DNA from: Vicugna vicugna
Lineage: Eukaryota
NCBI GenBank assembly: GCA_013265495.1
Contig: MU058584.1
Coordinates: forward strand, 7,220,407 to 7,284,406
Reading direction: 5' to 3'
DNA: 64,000 bases
In this document: piece by piece, positions 60,429 through 64,000 of the stretch
Position numbering within the stretch: position 1 is the stretch's first letter
Layout: every line of letters begins with the position of its first letter
Notes under the pieces: generated by a model
What the model saw: the letters and a program-made list of their open reading frames with translations, nothing else
Database searches by the model: none
Told to the model about the DNA's origin: nothing
Program-made: the position numbers and the translations under genes

Positions 60429-62273
60429 TGCTAAAGGACACAGACAATATAAACTAAATCAAGCCCCCCCCAAAAAAAGTGGGGTTTTATTGCCATGACT
60501 GTCTCACTTGCAGTGGAGAACAAAGAGTCCCTGACTTTGATTTTCTCCACTCCCTGCTGCATCGCCACCCCAGTGGCATGTTCTCATTAACCCAGTTCCT
60601 TGACCTTTAGCTACTGCACTGAAGAATTCAGATTCAAAGGAATTGAATTGCCTCATTCATATCTGCAAGGTTCGAATCATGGTTAAGTTTTAGGCGGGGT
60701 GTCTGATGAGGAACAGGCTGCAAGTGAGAGTGGGTGTTCTTTAGTGAGGATCTGCGCTTGCTGAGCTGGATTGTTTCATTCACTCATTTAGTTTTCCGTG
60801 GCACTAAGGACAGTGATTCTCAGTGTAGTCATTGTGACACATCATGCTATCTTTGACTGACTAATGAAGTTCTGAGACAATTTAAAAATAAAGTAGATTT
60901 TTCATTTAAAAATATGCCACATGAAATTATTAAGAAGAATGTGGGAGTAGGTATTAAAGATAATAACTCTTCCAAATAAGGATTACTGACAGTTTGCAGA
61001 AGCTTTAATGATTTAAAAAAAATGCGTGAGAATTTTTATCCTTCACGCTTCTCTGGGAATAGAGGACCTTGTTCCCTTTTCTGCTGTATCCTTCCTTCCT
61101 TGGCAATTAAGAAAGTGCTTTGCACAAATTAAATAATCGGGAAATAGTAATTAAACATTTTGTTTTTTTTGAAGTTGAGAACAACTGAAATCTGTTGACA
61201 GATTGATAGGACTATGGGAATTTGTTCATGAAAAATGCTTGCAACTAAAGTGGACTTCTTCATATACCAGCCATGCTTCTGGTAAAAGGATCTAGTGAAG
61301 CATCTCAGGTTCTCCCCTGAACCGGAGAACCAACTTGTGTTAAGTGATTGAAATGAAAGTAAGCTCCATTTATTCCACTGCTTTTCTGTAGAAGTGTGAA
61401 CCCAGACTGTACCATTCATTATCCAGGGGAGAGCCAGTTGGCCATGGCTTTATTTCTTTTATATTATGTTTTTGCATGAAAAGGTATGTCATTAGTACTT
61501 TGAGGAGGGAAGAGTATTGCATTGATCCCTCGAGGTACTTGGTACTGTTGGTACCAAGTTGTTGCGGTACTACCTCAGTGAGTATATTTCTGACCATTAA
61601 GGTTAAGTTCTTTTTTTTTTAATGGAATAAACATAAATATATAAAAAATAGATAATTTCCTCAGGATATTTCTATCTGATGAGCTCCTTTGTCATTCTGG
61701 GAAATTATACTATTCCAACCTTTGTAGAAATTTCCTAAAATTTTAACATGGAGCCCCATATATTTTCTGTCAGAGCGTATCTGTTGTACAACAAAGTAAA
61801 TAGATTTCCTGCTAATGCATTTAGTTTCACCTGTAATGTTCTCATAATTCAATCTGCTGCCCCCAAATAAAAACTAACGTACTTTTGGTTTATCTACTAG
61901 TTTGAATCACCTGTAGCATTCTGCCCAGACTCAGTTGCTAACATGTATTCAGGGTCTGATGTATGATAGGCATTGTTTTAGTTGTTCAAAGAAGCAAGGG
62001 TTGGAAGTAGTTAGAATGTCCTTTCTTTGTTGTAGTTTTCAACAATCAAATCATAATGAGTTTGAATGAAAAATGATTCTCTGTGTTGAGTAGTGGTGTT
62101 TTTAAAATCTAGGGTTCTTTTTGTTACTGCTCAGAGAAAAGAATGAAGCATTATATGATGTACTGTGCTTTCCACTGAGAGCCTAAAGAGTGAACCACTT
62201 TAGGTTACTTTGAAAATTTGAAAGCATGAAAATATTCAGGCAGGTGTATGTCTCCTTGTAATTGTCTTAATAC

Positions 62274-62793
62274 TGTAATCACTCATGGATTAGTTGCAGA
62301 TGATGGAAACCACTGCAACTATATAATCAAAAAAAAAAAAAAAACCCCAAAACCTAACAAAGGTACCAGTTCCTTTGTTAGGTTTAGGAAGCTGGTGAGT
62401 CAGGAAGTCTCTATGCCACCTTCTGGTTTATAACTTTGGCCACAACCAGGGGTCATGAAGCTACTGTTGCCTTCTGGAACATTCTACCTTAGCTCTGATT
62501 CACAATCAGATTGCTGCCGGCACTGTTAGCTTCAGAGCTGTCTGCTGCCTGCTAGATCTTTAACAGCAAACAAACAAACAAAAAAAACACCTTGAGTGCT
62601 GCTTCTCTTCCACTTAACTTGATTCTGAATTCAGGTCTTATGGAAGTGCATCTAATGATGACAGCTAAATTGCATCAAGAATGCTAGTTACAAGGGAGTG
62701 TGGAAAATGAAGATTTTGGCATCTAGTCTCTTCAGCGTAGGAAGGCAAATAAGATTGGAACAGACGTTGAGCTAGCCAGTTACTGTCTACCAC
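62274..62793 (-). mobile_element. Old MaLR LTR (MLT1N-like)
   Basis: TGTAATC..TAGTTGCA..GAAACCACT ... CTAG.T.CAAGGGAG..TGG.AAATG.AG.TTTT.GC.T.TAG ... TGTCT.CCACA. Confidence 0.55.
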
Positions 62794-63869
62794 AGCTGCT
62801 CTTGTCTTAGTCCCTGTGATTTCTAGAAAATAATCTTCAGTTTAGAATTTGCCTAATTGAATAAAAGAAATGATTTTCAGATATAGGCCTTGTATTTTAC
62901 ATTTAGGTCTCCATGTAAATCTTTAAAATAGGTGTTTTGTTTTTATAATCAGGTCTTCACAAGAGTATCTAGTAATCAGAAAGGTAGCCAGATATGCCAG
63001 CTGGAATCACTTAAGTATTTAGGTGTGTTTATAGTTTGTATTCCATGTGTCTTTTCTTTAGAACTTGGCTGTCTTTTGAAACTGAGCTTCTCCCGCTGGT
63101 GCTAAGGCTAGTGCATTTAATTGAGATTCTCTTTCGCCATGGAGTATTACGTAGAGCAATGGAGCATAAGCAGCATTAGTTTACTGACTTTAATTTTGTG
63201 ATTGTGATACTGGATATGCACTAAGTATAATGTAGAATATACTTAAGATATAGCCTCTTCTTTTAGGAACTTAACATTTAAGGAAATAGACAATGTATAA
63301 TGCTATTTAACATGAAAATTCTTCTGTCCAGTGTATTTTTTCATGTAGAACTAAGTAGAGGGGCTAAGGGGTGTGGCTTTCAGCTATACTTGGCAATATT
63401 TATACGACTGGAAATTTTCAGATGAGATAATAGAAGATTCCAGACAGAGGGCCAGTCCGAGCCACAAGTGGTACCATCGAGCCAGCAGGGCCTGAGAGAG
63501 CTGGGAGTTGGGGTGAAGGCCATGGTGAAACAGTGTTCTGTGTATGTCGCTCAAATTGCCTTCTCCATACAGTCTAGATGTGTGCAAATGCCAGCACCCC
63601 GAGGGTCCTACTTTGATGTGTTGCCGAGCACCTTTGGCCTGGTGGGTACTGAGTGGGAGAGAGTCCAGCCTTGGCCAAAACACCTGTTATGAGATCAACA
63701 GGATTAATCTCCTACCTCAGTTTCTCCAAGGAGACAGTTTTGTTATTTGACCTGAAAATGTTATATAATGTTTTAAGGAACCAAATCTTAGAATTTTCTC
63801 TAAGATAATACATTTGTAATTACCAAAGATTATTTCCCTTTAAATAGATTTTTTTTTCAGGTCTAGACT

Positions 63870-64000
63870 TATTATTTTTGACTATTCTGAAATAATTTCA
63901 AACATAGTGAGTTGCAAGAATAGTATAAAAGTCCTGCATACCCTTCACCTGTTTTTAACATGTGTTTGTGTATGCATGTATGTTCCTGTACCATTTAAGA
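63870..64000 (-). mobile_element. L1MC-type 3' end fragment
   Basis: T.TGAAATAATTTCA.AC..AGTTGCAAGAATAGTA.AAA..ATACCCTTCACC. Confidence 0.6.

Larger units (their letters stand above)
32472..64000 (+). other. DNM3: DNM3 intron 1 (continues beyond the window)
   Basis: Starts GT at 32472. I found no sequence encoding the next dynamin residues (DFLPRGSGIVTRRPL) downstream. Confidence 0.8.

Noticed and set aside
32472..64000. DNM3 exon 2, DNM3OS, miR-199a-2 / miR-214
   Set aside because: No matching sequence seen. The miRNA cluster is known to lie in a much more distal DNM3 intron.
1..64000. CRISPR array, operon or other prokaryotic system
   Set aside because: No regularly spaced repeats or dense ORFs; the sequence is typical eutherian intergenic and intronic DNA.

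Overview
Mammalian genomic DNA, very probably camelid, because it carries five copies of a tRNA-Ala-derived SINE matching the camelid Vic-1 type. The only intact gene is the 5' end of dynamin-3 (DNM3): a CpG-island promoter at about 31.8-33.3 kb, coding exon 1 at 32311-32471 (+), and the first 31.5 kb of intron 1. I found no exon 2 in the window. The rest is repeat-rich (L1, L2, MIR, MaLR/ERV LTRs, Tigger/Charlie/Tc2 DNA transposons), with several nested insertions that have readable target-site duplications (TSDs). The most notable hidden signal is upstream on the minus strand: heavily decayed, correctly ordered exon-like remnants. They read as an Ig V-set domain (about 12.3-12.6 kb) followed by Link (hyaluronan-binding) module halves (about 10.1-10.6 kb, possibly about 7.3-7.4 kb). 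This suggests a lost HAPLN/lectican-like gene; the evidence is hand alignment only and needs computational confirmation. Other items are two micro-inversions in an old L1, a probable L1 3' transduction nested in a SINE, a recent 79-bp tandem duplication, and candidate regulatory motifs (RE1-like, NRF1, ARE, GAS). Repeat subfamily names come from recalled consensus sequences. Boundaries are approximate unless a TSD is given.
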